DNA from: Hylemonella sp. | Lineage (GTDB): Bacteria > Pseudomonadota > Gammaproteobacteria > Burkholderiales > Burkholderiaceae_C | Direction of reading: 5' to 3' | Length of the DNA stretch: 64,000 bases | Assembly (NCBI GenBank): GCA_034366585.1 | Contig: JAXMMJ010000027.1 | Coordinates: 19,091 to 83,090, forward strand | Shown here: one piece after another, positions 43,357 to 55,154 of the stretch | Layout: every line of letters begins with the position of its first letter | Position numbering within the stretch: the first letter of the stretch is position 1 | Notes under the pieces: model-generated | What the model saw: the letters and a program-made list of their open reading frames with translations, nothing else | What the model was told of the DNA's origin: nothing | The model's database searches: none | Translations under genes and position numbers: made by a program

Positions 43357-44646
43357 GTGAAGCAGTATTACGAGTTCAAGCCTTACAACGTTGGTCGCTG
43401 GATCATCTGGGGTCTCTTTGCCCTGCTGCTGCTCTTTGTGCCCAAGCTGTTCACGAGCAGCCTGTCGGTGACCATGCTGTCGCAGATGGGTATTGCCATC
43501 ATCGCCTGCCTGTCCTACAACATGCTGCTGGGGCAGGGCGGCATGCTCAGCTTCGGCCACGCCGTCTACTCAGGCCTGGGCTCCTACATGGCCATCCATG
43601 CCTTGAACATGGTCAGCAAGGGAACCCTGCCCATTCCCGTGAGCCTGCTGCCCATCATCGGTGGCTTCGCCGGCATGGGCTTTGCTGTGCTCTTTGGCTA
43701 CGTGACCACACGCAAGTCCGGGACACCCTTTGCCATGATCACGCTGGGTCTGGCCGAACTGGTGTTCGCCATGTCGCTGATGTTCTCCGAATTCTTCGGC
43801 GGCGAGGCCGGTGTCTCGGGCAACCGGGTCGTGGGCCAGCCCTTCTTGGGCATCAGCTTCGGGCCGGGCACCCAGGTCTATTACCTGATCGCGGTCTACA
43901 CCTTTGTCTGTGTGGCGCTCATGTTCGCCTTCACGCGCACACCCTTGGGCCGCATCCTGAACGCTGTGCGTGACAATCCGGAGCGCGTGGAGTTCATCGG
44001 TTACAGCACCCAGCGTGTGCGTTACCTGGCCTTCATCCTCTCGGGTTTCTTCGCCGGCATCGCGGGTGGCCTCGGGGTCATCCTGTTCGAGATCGTCACG
44101 GCCGAGGTGGTGAGCGGCATCCGCTCCGGCGCCTACCTGCTGTTCACCTTCCTCGGCGGCGCCACCTTTTTCTTCGGCCCCATCATCGGTGGCGTGCTGA
44201 TGGTGCTGGCATCGGTGCTGCTGTCGGAGATCACCAAGGCCTGGCTGCTGTACCTGGGCTTGATCTTCGTGTTCATGGTGATGTACGCGCCGGGCGGCAT
44301 CGCCAGCCTGATCATGATGAACCTGCGTGTGGCCAGTTTCGGTTTCCTGCGCAAGCTCTGGGTCAGTTACCTGGGCCTGGCGATCTCGGCGCTGGTGTTG
44401 CTGCTGGGTGCGGCGGTGTTGATCGAGATGGTCTACCACCTGCAGCTCAACCTTTCCATGGGGCCGGAGTTGCGTTTCATCGGTATTCCGCTCAATGCGC
44501 ACAGCCCGGACCACTGGTTTGGGGGCGCCTTCGTGATGCTGACGGGCCTGGGCCTGTTCGAGCTCTGCCGCCGCCACTATGTGCATGAATGGGGCTTGGT
44601 CCAGGAAGACATCGAAAAAGAAATCAAGCGGAGGGAAGCGCTATGA
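43357..44646 (+). CDS. Branched-chain-amino-acid-type ABC transporter permease (LivM family)
   Basis: GTG start. LSYNMLLGQGGMLSFGHAVYSGLGSY. About 10 TM helices. Confidence 0.85.
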   Translation: MKQYYEFKPYNVGRWIIWGLFALLLLFVPKLFTSSLSVTMLSQMGIAIIACLSYNMLLGQGGMLSFGHAVYSGLGSYMAIHALNMVSKGTLPIPVSLLPIIGGFAGMGFAVLFGYVTTRKSGTPFAMITLGLAELVFAMSLMFSEFFGGEAGVSGNRVVGQPFLGISFGPGTQVYYLIAVYTFVCVALMFAFTRTPLGRILNAVRDNPERVEFIGYSTQRVRYLAFILSGFFAGIAGGLGVILFEIVTAEVVSGIRSGAYLLFTFLGGATFFFGPIIGGVLMVLASVLLSEITKAWLLYLGLIFVFMVMYAPGGIASLIMMNLRVASFGFLRKLWVSYLGLAISALVLLLGAAVLIEMVYHLQLNLSMGPELRFIGIPLNAHSPDHWFGGAFVMLTGLGLFELCRRHYVHEWGLVQEDIEKEIKRREAL

Positions 44647-45434
44647 GCGGGGCCACGAACATGACCCAGCCTGCACTGGAGCTCAAGGATTTGCGCAAGA
44701 GTTTCGGCAAGACGGAGATCATCCGTGGCGTCGATCTGGTCGTGCAGCCCGGTGAACGTGTGGCCGTGATCGGCCCCAACGGCGCCGGCAAGTCCACGCT
44801 GTTCAATCTGATCAGCGGGCGTTTCGGCCCCACCAGTGGCGAAGTGCTGCTGCACGGCAAGCGCATCGACGGTATGCGGCCCTACGAGATCAACCGCATG
44901 GGCCTGGCGCGCAGCTTCCAGATCACCAACATCTTCCCCAAGCTCAGCGTGTTCGAGAACCTGCGTTGTGCCGTGCTCTGGAGCCTGGGTTACCGCTACA
45001 CCTTCTTCAAGTTCCTGGCGGACCTGGAAGACGCCAACGACCGCACCGAAGAACTGCTGGAGATGATCCGCCTGGACAAGAAGCGCGACATCCTGGCCGT
45101 GAACCTGACCTATGCCGAGCAGCGCGCGCTGGAGATCGGCGTGACCATCGCCGGCGGCGCCAGCGTGATCCTGCTGGACGAGCCCACCGCCGGCATGAGC
45201 AAGAGCGAGACCACGCGCTTCATCAAGCTGATCCGCGAAGTGACAGAGGGCAAGACCCTGCTGACCGTGGAGCACGACATGGGCGTGGTCTTCGGCCTGG
45301 CCGACAAGATTGCCGTGGTCGTCTACGGCGAACTGCTGGCCTTTGACACGCCCGAAGCGGTGCGCGCGAACGCGCGTGTGCAGGAAGCCTATCTGGGCTC
45401 GACCGTGGCCGACTCGCAGGCAGGGGGACATTGA
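44643..45434 (+). CDS. ABC transporter ATP-binding protein (LivG family)
   Basis: Walker A GPNGAGKST, signature YAEQRALEIG, Walker B ILLDEPTAGM. ATGA overlap with the permease gene. Confidence 0.9.
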   Translation: MSGATNMTQPALELKDLRKSFGKTEIIRGVDLVVQPGERVAVIGPNGAGKSTLFNLISGRFGPTSGEVLLHGKRIDGMRPYEINRMGLARSFQITNIFPKLSVFENLRCAVLWSLGYRYTFFKFLADLEDANDRTEELLEMIRLDKKRDILAVNLTYAEQRALEIGVTIAGGASVILLDEPTAGMSKSETTRFIKLIREVTEGKTLLTVEHDMGVVFGLADKIAVVVYGELLAFDTPEAVRANARVQEAYLGSTVADSQAGGH

Positions 45435-45435
45435 G

Positions 45436-46140
45436 ATGACGGCTTTGCTGAAAGTTGAGAGCCTGCACGCCTTTTATGGCAAGAGCCATGTGCTGCATGG
45501 CGTGCATTTCGAGGTGCAGCCCGGCGAGATCGTGGCCCTGCTGGGCCGCAACGGCTCGGGGCGCTCCACCACGGCCAAGGCCGTCATGGGCCTGGTGGAC
45601 TGCGCCGGCAGCGTGAAGTGGAAGGGCCAGGAGATCCAGGGCAAGAAGGCCTTCGAGATCGCCCACCTGGGCGTGGGCTACGTGCCCGAGAACCGCGACA
45701 TCTTCCCCGACCTGACCGTGCACCAGAACCTGATGCTGGGTGAGAAGGGCAAGGGCCGCAAGAGCCGCTGGACCTTCGACGACATGTACACCATGTTCCC
45801 GCGCCTCAAGGAGCGCCAGCACACTGAAGCCGGCGTGCTCTCGGGCGGCGAGCAGCAGATGCTGACCCTGTGCCGCACCCTCATGGGCGACCCGGACCTG
45901 ATCATCATCGACGAGCCGACCGAGGGCCTGGCGCCCAAGATCGTGGAACTGGTGGGCCAGTACCTGAAGACGCTCAAGGACCGCGGCATCTCGGTGCTGC
46001 TGATCGAGCAGAAACTGACCATCGCCATGGCCATCTCCGACCGCGCCCTGGTCATGGGGCACGGCAGCATCGTCTTCGAGGGCACCCCCGAAGCGCTGCG
46101 CAACGACAGCTATACCCGCAAGGAGTGGCTGGAAGTCTGA
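45436..46140 (+). CDS. ABC transporter ATP-binding protein (LivF family)
   Basis: Walker A GRNGSGRST, signature LSGGEQQML, Walker B IIIDEPTEGL. Confidence 0.9.
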   Translation: MTALLKVESLHAFYGKSHVLHGVHFEVQPGEIVALLGRNGSGRSTTAKAVMGLVDCAGSVKWKGQEIQGKKAFEIAHLGVGYVPENRDIFPDLTVHQNLMLGEKGKGRKSRWTFDDMYTMFPRLKERQHTEAGVLSGGEQQMLTLCRTLMGDPDLIIIDEPTEGLAPKIVELVGQYLKTLKDRGISVLLIEQKLTIAMAISDRALVMGHGSIVFEGTPEALRNDSYTRKEWLEV

Positions 46141-46141
46141 A

Positions 46142-46286
46142 AACTTGTGAATAAATCTACTGCGCGACCCGATTGCCGCGTTGGGCGGTGCTCGCCATCC
46201 TCACGTACAGGAAGTACGTTCCGGTGGCTGCGCTCCGTCCGCCTTGCCCTCGGGCCGCTCGCTACGATTTCTTCACAAGTTTGGAG
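46142..46286 (+). repeat. 145-bp MITE/REP-like palindromic element, copy A
   Basis: Terminal inverted repeats AACTTGTGAAtAAATC...GATTTCTTCACAAGTT. Central hairpin ACGTAC-aggaa-GTACGT. About 92% identical (11 mismatches by hand alignment) to the reverse complement of 57031-57175. Confidence 0.85.
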
Positions 46287-46370
46287 CGCTGTGCGCCGAC
46301 ACAGTGGAGAGCTTGTCCCAGCCGTGACAAACCCTCGTTGCATCGCAACATAAACCTTTTACAATCAAAA

Positions 46371-46388
46371 ATCGAACGATCGTTCTAT
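46371..46388. promoter_or_regulatory. Candidate operator palindrome upstream of the beta-oxidation operon
   Basis: atcGAACGATCGTTCtat, a perfect 12-bp palindrome inside an AT-rich promoter-like stretch (ttttacaatcaaaaatcgaacgatcgttctatttt). Ends 27 bp upstream of the ATG at 46416. Confidence 0.45.
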
Positions 46389-46415
46389 TTTCTGAACCAC
46401 CCGAGGAACGCAAGC

Positions 46416-48518
<2,103 letters not shown>

Positions 48519-48536
48519 GCATTAGGAGATTCAGAC

Positions 48537-49712
48537 ATGACCAACGCCGTTATCGTTTCCACCGCACGCACCCCCCTGGCCAAGAGCTGGAAGGGCGCTT
48601 TCAACATGACCCACGGCGCCACCCTCGGTGGCCATGCCGTTCAGCACGCCATCCAGCGCGCCGGCATCGACGCCGCCGAAGTGGACGACGTGCTCATGGG
48701 CTGTGCCACGCCTGAGGGCGCCACGGGTTCCAACATCGCGCGCCAGATCGCCCTGGCCGCCGGTTGCCCGGTCACCGTCTCCGGTGTCACCATCAACCGT
48801 TTCTGTTCCTCGGGCCTGCAGACCATCGCCATGGCCGCGCAACGCATCATCGCCGGTGAGGGTGATGTCTACGTGGCAGGCGGCGTGGAGAGCATCTCCT
48901 GCGTGCAGAACGAAGCCAACCGCCACATGATCACGGACCCGGCCCTGCTGAAGGCCAAGCCCGAGATCTACTGGAACATGCTGCAGACCGCCGAGCAGGT
49001 GGCCAAGCGTTACAACATCGGCCGTGACGTCATGGACGAATACGGTGCGGCCAGCCAGCAGAAGGCCTGCGCGGCCCAGGCCGCCGGCCTGTTCAACGCC
49101 GAGATCGCCCCCATCACGGTGACGGCCGGCGTGGCCGACAAGACCCTGGGTCTGATCACCAAGAAGGTCACGATCAGCGCGGACGAAGGCCTGCGCGAAG
49201 GCACCACGAAAGAAGGCATCAGCGGCATCAAGCCGGCCATGCCGGGCGGTGTGATTTCGGCCGGCAATGCCAGCCAGTTCTCCGACGGCGCCGGCGCCTG
49301 CGTGCTCATGAGCGAAGAACTCGCCAGCAAACGCGGTTTCAAGCCCCTGGGCCGTTTCCTGGGTTTTGCTGTGGCCGGTTGCGAGCCCGACGAGATGGGC
49401 ATCGGCCCGGTCTTCGCGGTCCCGAAGGTGCTCAAGCGCCTGGGCCTGAAGGTCTCGGACATCGATCTCTGGGAACTCAACGAAGCCTTTGCCGTGCAGG
49501 TGCTCTACTGCCGCGACAAGCTGGGCATTCCGGCGGATCGTCTGAACGTCAATGGCGGTGCCATCGCCGTGGGCCATCCCTATGGCGTGAGCGGCCAGCG
49601 CCTGACGGGCCACGCCCTCATCGAAGGCAAGCGCCGCGGCGCCAAGCGTGTGGTCGTCACCATGTGCATCGGCGGCGGCATGGGCGCAGCCGGAGTCTTC
49701 GAAGTCCTGTAA
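48537..49712 (+). CDS. Acetyl-CoA C-acyltransferase (3-ketoacyl-CoA thiolase)
   Basis: Active-site Cys region [11 protein letters not shown]-terminal [17 protein letters not shown] and MCIGGGMG. Confidence 0.95.
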   Translation: MTNAVIVSTARTPLAKSWKGAFNMTHGATLGGHAVQHAIQRAGIDAAEVDDVLMGCATPEGATGSNIARQIALAAGCPVTVSGVTINRFCSSGLQTIAMAAQRIIAGEGDVYVAGGVESISCVQNEANRHMITDPALLKAKPEIYWNMLQTAEQVAKRYNIGRDVMDEYGAASQQKACAAQAAGLFNAEIAPITVTAGVADKTLGLITKKVTISADEGLREGTTKEGISGIKPAMPGGVISAGNASQFSDGAGACVLMSEELASKRGFKPLGRFLGFAVAGCEPDEMGIGPVFAVPKVLKRLGLKVSDIDLWELNEAFAVQVLYCRDKLGIPADRLNVNGGAIAVGHPYGVSGQRLTGHALIEGKRRGAKRVVVTMCIGGGMGAAGVFEVL

Positions 49713-49730
49713 AACCCGACGCATTAAGCC

Positions 49731-51554
49731 ATGAGCTACCGGCAGACCCTGGATTTCCTTCTTTACCAGTGGCTCGCGGCCGATGCGCTGAATGAGCGTG
49801 AGCGTTTCGCGGACCACAACCGCGAAACCTTTGACGCCGTGCTCGACACCTGCGAACGCATCGCACGCGAGAAGTACGCACCGTTCAACCGCACGGTCGA
49901 TATCGAAGAGCCGCGTTTCGACGGCGAGCGGGTCATACTGCCGCAGGCGACCCACGATGCCCAGAAGGCCTACGCGGCCTCGGGCATGCTCAGCGCCGCG
50001 CAGGATTACGACATCGGCGGAATGCAGCTGCCCTACACGGTGGAGGCTGCGGCAAATTCCTTTTTTGCGATGGCCTCGGTCAGCATCGGCTCCGGCCTGC
50101 TGACTTCGGGCAATGCCAACCTGCTGATGGCACACGGCACGGATCTGCAGAAAGAGGTCTTTGCACAGAACGAATTCGCGGGGCGTTTCTCCGGCACCAT
50201 GTGCCTGAGCGAGCCGCAGGCGGGCTCGTCCCTGAGCGATATCGCCACGCGCGCCTTGCCTGACGGTGCGGATTACCAGAACGATCCCCTGGGCCCGCGT
50301 TACCGCCTCAAGGGCAACAAGATGTGGATCTCGGCCGGCGAACACGAGCTGACCGAAAACATCATTCATCTGGTGCTCGCCAAGATCCCCGGCCCGGACG
50401 GCAAGACCATCCCTGGCACCCGCGGCATCTCGCTGTTCATCGTGCCCAAGAAACTGGTCGACACGCAGGGGCAACTGACCGGTGAGCGCAACGACGTGGC
50501 GCTGGCCGGCTTGAACCATAAATGCGGCTGGCGCGGCACGACCAACACCCTGCTGAACTTCGGCGAAGGCAAGTACCCGGTGCGCGGGGACAGTGGGGCG
50601 ATCGGCTACCTGGTCGGCCAGCCCGGCCAGGGCTTGCGCTGCATGTTCCACATGATGAACGAGGCGCGCATCGGCATCGGCATGGCGGCCACCATGCTGG
50701 GCATGGCGGGTTACCAGGCCTCGCTGGACTATGCCAAGAACCGCCCGCAAGGCCGACCGATCGGACCCGACGGAAAAGATGCCGCGAAACCACAGATCCG
50801 CATCATCGAGCATGCCGACATCAAACGCATGCTGCTGGCGCAGAAGGCGTATTGCGAAGGCTCGCTGGCCCTGCAGCTTTATTGCGCGCGCCTGGTTGAC
50901 GAACAGCACACGGGCACGCCTGCTGCTGCCGACGAAGCCCGCCTGCTGCTGGAGGTGTTGACGCCCATTGCCAAGAGCTGGCCCAGCGAATGGTGCCTGG
51001 AGGCGAATTCCCTGGCCATCCAGATCCACGGCGGCTACGGCTACACACGTGACTTCCCGGTGGAACAGTACTGGCGCGACAACCGCCTCAACATGATCCA
51101 CGAGGGCACGCACGGCATCCAGGCCCTGGACCTGCTGGGCCGCAAGGTGCTGATGGAGGAGGGCCGGGGCCTGCAACTGCTGGCCGGTCGCATGACGGCC
51201 ACGATCCAGCGGGCCCAGGCGCAGGCCGGACTGGCACCGTACGCCGCCCAACTGGCCCAGGCCCTGCAGCAGGTTGGCGCGACAACCGAGGCTGCGTGGT
51301 CCACCGGTCAGCCCGGTGAGGCCCTGGCCAATGCCGTGCCCTATCTGCAGGCTTTCGGCCACACGGTGCTGGCCTGGATCTGGCTCGAAGTGGCCTTGGC
51401 GGCCAAGCCGGACAGCCAGGACATGGCCCAGCGTGGCCGCCTGCTGGCCACGCAATTTTTCTTCCGATATGAATTGCCGAAAATCGGCGCCTGGCTTAAG
51501 GTGGTGGAATCCCGTGACATGACGTGTGCGGAATTTCCCGAAGAGGCGTTCTGA
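49731..51554 (+). CDS. Large (~600 aa) acyl-CoA dehydrogenase with N- and C-terminal extension domains
   Basis: ACAD core (MCLSEPQAGSSLSD, KMWISAGEH, IHGGYGYTRDFPVEQYWRDNRLNMIHEGT). Confidence 0.9.
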   Translation: MSYRQTLDFLLYQWLAADALNERERFADHNRETFDAVLDTCERIAREKYAPFNRTVDIEEPRFDGERVILPQATHDAQKAYAASGMLSAAQDYDIGGMQLPYTVEAAANSFFAMASVSIGSGLLTSGNANLLMAHGTDLQKEVFAQNEFAGRFSGTMCLSEPQAGSSLSDIATRALPDGADYQNDPLGPRYRLKGNKMWISAGEHELTENIIHLVLAKIPGPDGKTIPGTRGISLFIVPKKLVDTQGQLTGERNDVALAGLNHKCGWRGTTNTLLNFGEGKYPVRGDSGAIGYLVGQPGQGLRCMFHMMNEARIGIGMAATMLGMAGYQASLDYAKNRPQGRPIGPDGKDAAKPQIRIIEHADIKRMLLAQKAYCEGSLALQLYCARLVDEQHTGTPAAADEARLLLEVLTPIAKSWPSEWCLEANSLAIQIHGGYGYTRDFPVEQYWRDNRLNMIHEGTHGIQALDLLGRKVLMEEGRGLQLLAGRMTATIQRAQAQAGLAPYAAQLAQALQQVGATTEAAWSTGQPGEALANAVPYLQAFGHTVLAWIWLEVALAAKPDSQDMAQRGRLLATQFFFRYELPKIGAWLKVVESRDMTCAEFPEEAF

Positions 51555-51748
51555 TGGCAACCGAACTCAACAAACTCCGCGTCGAGCGGCTGGTCTGGAT
51601 ACTTGTCTATGGCGGGCTGATCGCGCTGGTCCTGGGCATGTTCGTGCAGCGCTACGACAGGCTGCTCGCCGACATCCTCCAGATCGGCGGCACCATCGTC
51701 GCGGGCACCGGGGCCCTGCTGATCTGGGTCCGCTCCCGCATGAAATAA
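51554..51748 (+). CDS. Small two-TM membrane protein (64 aa)
   Basis: TGATG overlap with the ACAD stop. LVWILVYGGLIALVLGMFV and IGGTIVAGTGALLIWV helices. Confidence 0.55.
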   Translation: MATELNKLRVERLVWILVYGGLIALVLGMFVQRYDRLLADILQIGGTIVAGTGALLIWVRSRMK

Positions 51749-51771
51749 GCAAGGAACCAAGGCAGAAGACC

Positions 51772-52563
51772 ATGACACGCAGCATCCAGCAACTCTTTGA
51801 CCTCAAGGGCAAGACCGCCCTCATCACCGGCGGCTCACGCGGCCTGGGCCTGCAGCTGGCCCAGGCGCTGGGCGAGGCCGGAGCACGCATCATGATCAGC
51901 GCCCGCAAGGCCGACGAACTGGAGGTGGCGGTGGCCGACCTGCAGGCCGCCGGCATCGATGCGCGCTGGATCGCCGCCGACTGCGCCAAGGAGGAAGATA
52001 TCCACCGCCTGGCCGATGAAACCATGCAGCGCATGGGCGAGGTGGACATCCTGGTCAACAACGCCGGTGCCGCCTGGGGCGCACCCGCCGAAGACCACCC
52101 GATTCCGGCCTGGGACAAGGTGATGAACCTCAACATCCGCGGTTATTTCATCCTGAGCCAGGTGATCGGCAAGAAGAGCATGATCCCGCGCAAATCGGGC
52201 CGCATCATCAACGTCGCGTCGATCGCCGGCCTGGGCGGCAACCCGCCCGAAATGACCACCATCGCCTACAACACCTCAAAGGGCGCGGTGATCAACTTCA
52301 CGCGCGCACTGGCCGCCGAATGGGGCAAGTACAGCATCAATGTCAACGCCATCTGCCCCGGGTTCTTCCCGAGCAAGATGACGGCCGGCACCCTGGCCGC
52401 TTGGGGTGAAGAAAACCTGAAGAAACACGCGCCGCTGCAGCGCCTGGGTGACGACGAGGACCTCAAGGGCCTGTGCGTGCTCTACGCCTCGGATGCCGGC
52501 AAGCACATCACCGGCCAGTGGCTGGCGGTGGATGGCGGCGTCAGCTGCGTGACCGGCGGTTGA
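51772..52563 (+). CDS. SDR-family oxidoreductase
   Basis: TGGSRGLG cofactor motif, NNAG, Y-x3-K (YNTSKGAV). Confidence 0.9.
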   Translation: MTRSIQQLFDLKGKTALITGGSRGLGLQLAQALGEAGARIMISARKADELEVAVADLQAAGIDARWIAADCAKEEDIHRLADETMQRMGEVDILVNNAGAAWGAPAEDHPIPAWDKVMNLNIRGYFILSQVIGKKSMIPRKSGRIINVASIAGLGGNPPEMTTIAYNTSKGAVINFTRALAAEWGKYSINVNAICPGFFPSKMTAGTLAAWGEENLKKHAPLQRLGDDEDLKGLCVLYASDAGKHITGQWLAVDGGVSCVTGG

Positions 52564-52574
52564 GGGCCCGTGGC

Positions 52575-53009
52575 ATGAGTATTCCCTTTGGCGTTCGGGT
52601 TCCTTTCGTCGATCATCTGGGCTTCACCCTGGAGCGCTTCGAGGACGGCCAGTCCGAACTGCATTACGAGGCCCGGCCCGAGCATCTGAACTCCTTTGCC
52701 GTCACACACGGCGGCGCCACCATGACGCTGATGGACGTGGCCATGGCCACGGCGGCCCGCAGCGTGCAGCCCGAGATGGGCGTGGTCACGATCGAGATGA
52801 AAACCAGCTTCATGCAGGCCGCGCGCGGCAAGCTCACGGCCAAGGGCAGGCTGATCCACCGTACCGCTACCCTGGCCTTCACCGAGGCCACCATTTACGA
52901 CGCCGAGGGCAAACCTTGCTCGCACGCCACCGGCACCTTCAAGTACGTCAGGCGCCTGCCGACCGGTCCCAAGGACAGCCAGGCGCTCAACGTGATTTCC
53001 ACCGACTGA
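52575..53009 (+). CDS. PaaI-family (hotdog fold) thioesterase
   Basis: NSFAVTHGGATMTLMDVAM...VTIEMKTSFM motif. Confidence 0.85.
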   Translation: MSIPFGVRVPFVDHLGFTLERFEDGQSELHYEARPEHLNSFAVTHGGATMTLMDVAMATAARSVQPEMGVVTIEMKTSFMQAARGKLTAKGRLIHRTATLAFTEATIYDAEGKPCSHATGTFKYVRRLPTGPKDSQALNVISTD

Positions 53010-53031
53010 CCTAGACATACCGAGAGACACC

Positions 53032-54048
53032 ATGCCCGCAAACCGCCAGATCCTGCTCGACAACCGCCCCGAGGGCGAAGCCACCACGAGCAACTTCAAG
53101 CTCGTCACCACCCAGACGCCTGCACTGCAGGATGGCCAGGTGCTGGTGCGCCACCATTTCCTGAGCCTGGACCCGTACATGCGCGGGCGCATGAACGACA
53201 GCAAGAGCTACGCGCAGCCGCAGCCCCTGGGCGAGGTCATGATCGGCGGCACCGTGGGTGAAGTGGTGGAGAGCCGTCACCCCAAGTTCGCCGCCGGAGA
53301 CAAGGTGGTGGGCATGGGCGGCTGGCAGGAGTACAGCGTGGTCGACGCCAACCAGCCCGGCGCCGTGCGCAAGGTCGACACCACGCATGTGCCGCTGAGT
53401 CACTACCTGGGCGCGGTTGGCATGCCCGGTGTGACGGCCTGGTATGGCCTGGTCAAGATCATCGAGCCCAAGGCCGGCGAGACCATGGTGGTCAGCGCCG
53501 CCGCGGGCGCCGTGGGCAGCGCCTACGGCGCGCTCGCCAAGGCGCGCGGCTGCCGTGTGGTGGGCATTGCCGGTGGCAAGGACAAGTGCGACTACGTTGT
53601 CAACGAACTGGGCTTCGACGCCTGCGTCGACTACAAACAGCACAAGGATGCGGGCTCGCTGTCCAAGGCGCTCAAGCAGGCCTGTCCCAATGGCATCGAC
53701 GGTTATTTCGAGAACGTGGGTGGTTTGGTGCTGGATGCGGTGCTTTCGCGCATGAACGCGCACGGCCGCATCGCCGTCTGCGGCATGATCGCCGGCTACG
53801 ATGGTCAGCCCGTTCCCATGACCTATCCGCAGCTCATCCTGACCAACCGGCTCAAGGTGCAGGGCTTCATCGTCAGCGAGCACATGGAAGTCTGGCCCGA
53901 GGCCCTCAAGGAACTCGGCACCCTGGTGGGCACCGGCAAGCTGCGCCCGCGCGAGAGCGTGGCCCCGAACCTGGAAGCTGCACCCGAGGCCTTCCTGGGC
54001 CTGCTCAAGGGCAGGAACTTCGGCAAGCAGCTGGTCAAGCTGATCTAG
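53032..54048 (+). CDS. NADP-dependent alkenal/enone oxidoreductase (MDR family, YncB/CurA-like)
   Basis: LSLDPYMRGRM, VSAAAGAVGS nucleotide-binding motif, GKQLVKL C-terminus. Confidence 0.85.
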   Translation: MPANRQILLDNRPEGEATTSNFKLVTTQTPALQDGQVLVRHHFLSLDPYMRGRMNDSKSYAQPQPLGEVMIGGTVGEVVESRHPKFAAGDKVVGMGGWQEYSVVDANQPGAVRKVDTTHVPLSHYLGAVGMPGVTAWYGLVKIIEPKAGETMVVSAAAGAVGSAYGALAKARGCRVVGIAGGKDKCDYVVNELGFDACVDYKQHKDAGSLSKALKQACPNGIDGYFENVGGLVLDAVLSRMNAHGRIAVCGMIAGYDGQPVPMTYPQLILTNRLKVQGFIVSEHMEVWPEALKELGTLVGTGKLRPRESVAPNLEAAPEAFLGLLKGRNFGKQLVKLI

Positions 54049-54062
54049 GGCCTGTTCACACC

Positions 54063-55154
54063 ATGCAGCCCGCCCCGCACCCGCAGCAAGGCGATGGAGC
54101 AGGGCGGGGCCTTGCCAAGGCGGGTGAGGAGTTCCGCGACGACCTGCGCGCGCCGGGCAGCCGCAACGCCCAGGCCCGGCGCCTGCTGTCGGCCGAGGAA
54201 CTGGCGCCGCTCACCACCTTGTCGGACGGCCGCTCGATGCTGGCTGTCCTGCAGACGGTGCTGCTGGCCGCCGCCGGCATGGCCCTGGCCTGGTTTGCCT
54301 GGTCAACGTCGTGGTGGTGGTTGGGTGGCCTGGCCGGCCTGGTGCTGATTGGCGTGGCCCAGCATGGCCTGTTCATCCTGGCCCACGAAGCGGCCCATTA
54401 CCGCCTCCTCACCAACCGCACGCTCAATGATGGGCTGGGTCGCCTGATCGGCATGAGCGGCGGGGTCTCCATGTGTACCTATCGTGTCACGCACCGCCTG
54501 CACCACAACAACCTCTATGGCCCCGAGGACCCGGACACGGCCATCCACGGTGGTTATCCGCGTGGCAAGGCCTACCTGTGGAAGAAGCTGGGGCAGGACC
54601 TGATCGGCTGGAACGCCTGGAAAACCTATGCCTACTTCTTCGGCTCACCCGCCATCAACGAAGACACGAAGCGCCGCATTTCGCCGCTGGACGATACCTC
54701 GCCGCAGCTGCGCGCCGCAGCCCGGCGTGATCGCTGGGGCGTGGTGGCCTTCCATCTGCTGGTGCCGGTGTGCGCCGCGCTGATCGGCGGTCTCGACGGC
54801 CTGCTGATCTATCTGTTCCTGTGGACCTTGCCCTTGCTCACGACCTTGCAACCCATCCTGCGTCTGCGCGCCATCTGCGAACACGGCGCGGTGAGCGACC
54901 TCACGTCGCCGCTGACCGCAGCCCGTACCAACCGGACCTGGGGCAGCGCAGGCAACTGGATCGGGCGCTTTTTCCTGTTCCCGCACCACGTGAACTACCA
55001 CCTGGAACACCACCTGTACCCGGCGGTGCCCCACTACAACCTGCCGCGCCTGCATCGGCTGCTGGATGAGAAGAGCGCTTTGGGCGAGGCCGAGGTGCGT
55101 GACCTCGGTGAAACCTGGTCCCAGATATTTGCACCAAGGAAAGTCCGTGGCTGA
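54063..55154 (+). CDS. Membrane fatty-acid desaturase family protein
   Basis: Three His boxes: HEAAH, HRLHH, HLEHH. Four hydrophobic spans. Confidence 0.85.
   Translation: MQPAPHPQQGDGAGRGLAKAGEEFRDDLRAPGSRNAQARRLLSAEELAPLTTLSDGRSMLAVLQTVLLAAAGMALAWFAWSTSWWWLGGLAGLVLIGVAQHGLFILAHEAAHYRLLTNRTLNDGLGRLIGMSGGVSMCTYRVTHRLHHNNLYGPEDPDTAIHGGYPRGKAYLWKKLGQDLIGWNAWKTYAYFFGSPAINEDTKRRISPLDDTSPQLRAAARRDRWGVVAFHLLVPVCAALIGGLDGLLIYLFLWTLPLLTTLQPILRLRAICEHGAVSDLTSPLTAARTNRTWGSAGNWIGRFFLFPHHVNYHLEHHLYPAVPHYNLPRLHRLLDEKSALGEAEVRDLGETWSQIFAPRKVRG

Noticed and set aside
43211-43357. 49-codon ORF (MRHPRSAFGASPSRGRYQRPGKAGSAVAHGLHLGMHPSLLKRSAMGTAK) inside the liv spacer
   Set aside because: It has no RBS. Its composition is dictated by the stacked hairpins, so it is more simply explained as structured non-coding DNA. 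It is kept only as a remark under the spacer finding.
46110-46353. Short ORFs 46110-46343 (-), 46147-46353 (+), 56923-57129 (-), 56953-57357 (+), and the 46173 start of the FadB-like ORF. They share peptides such as ILTYRKYVPV.ALRPPC.RAARYDFFTS
   Set aside because: The similarity comes from the 145-bp DNA repeat read in frame. The ORFs lie within the palindromic element, lack an RBS, and the FadB homology starts only at 46416.
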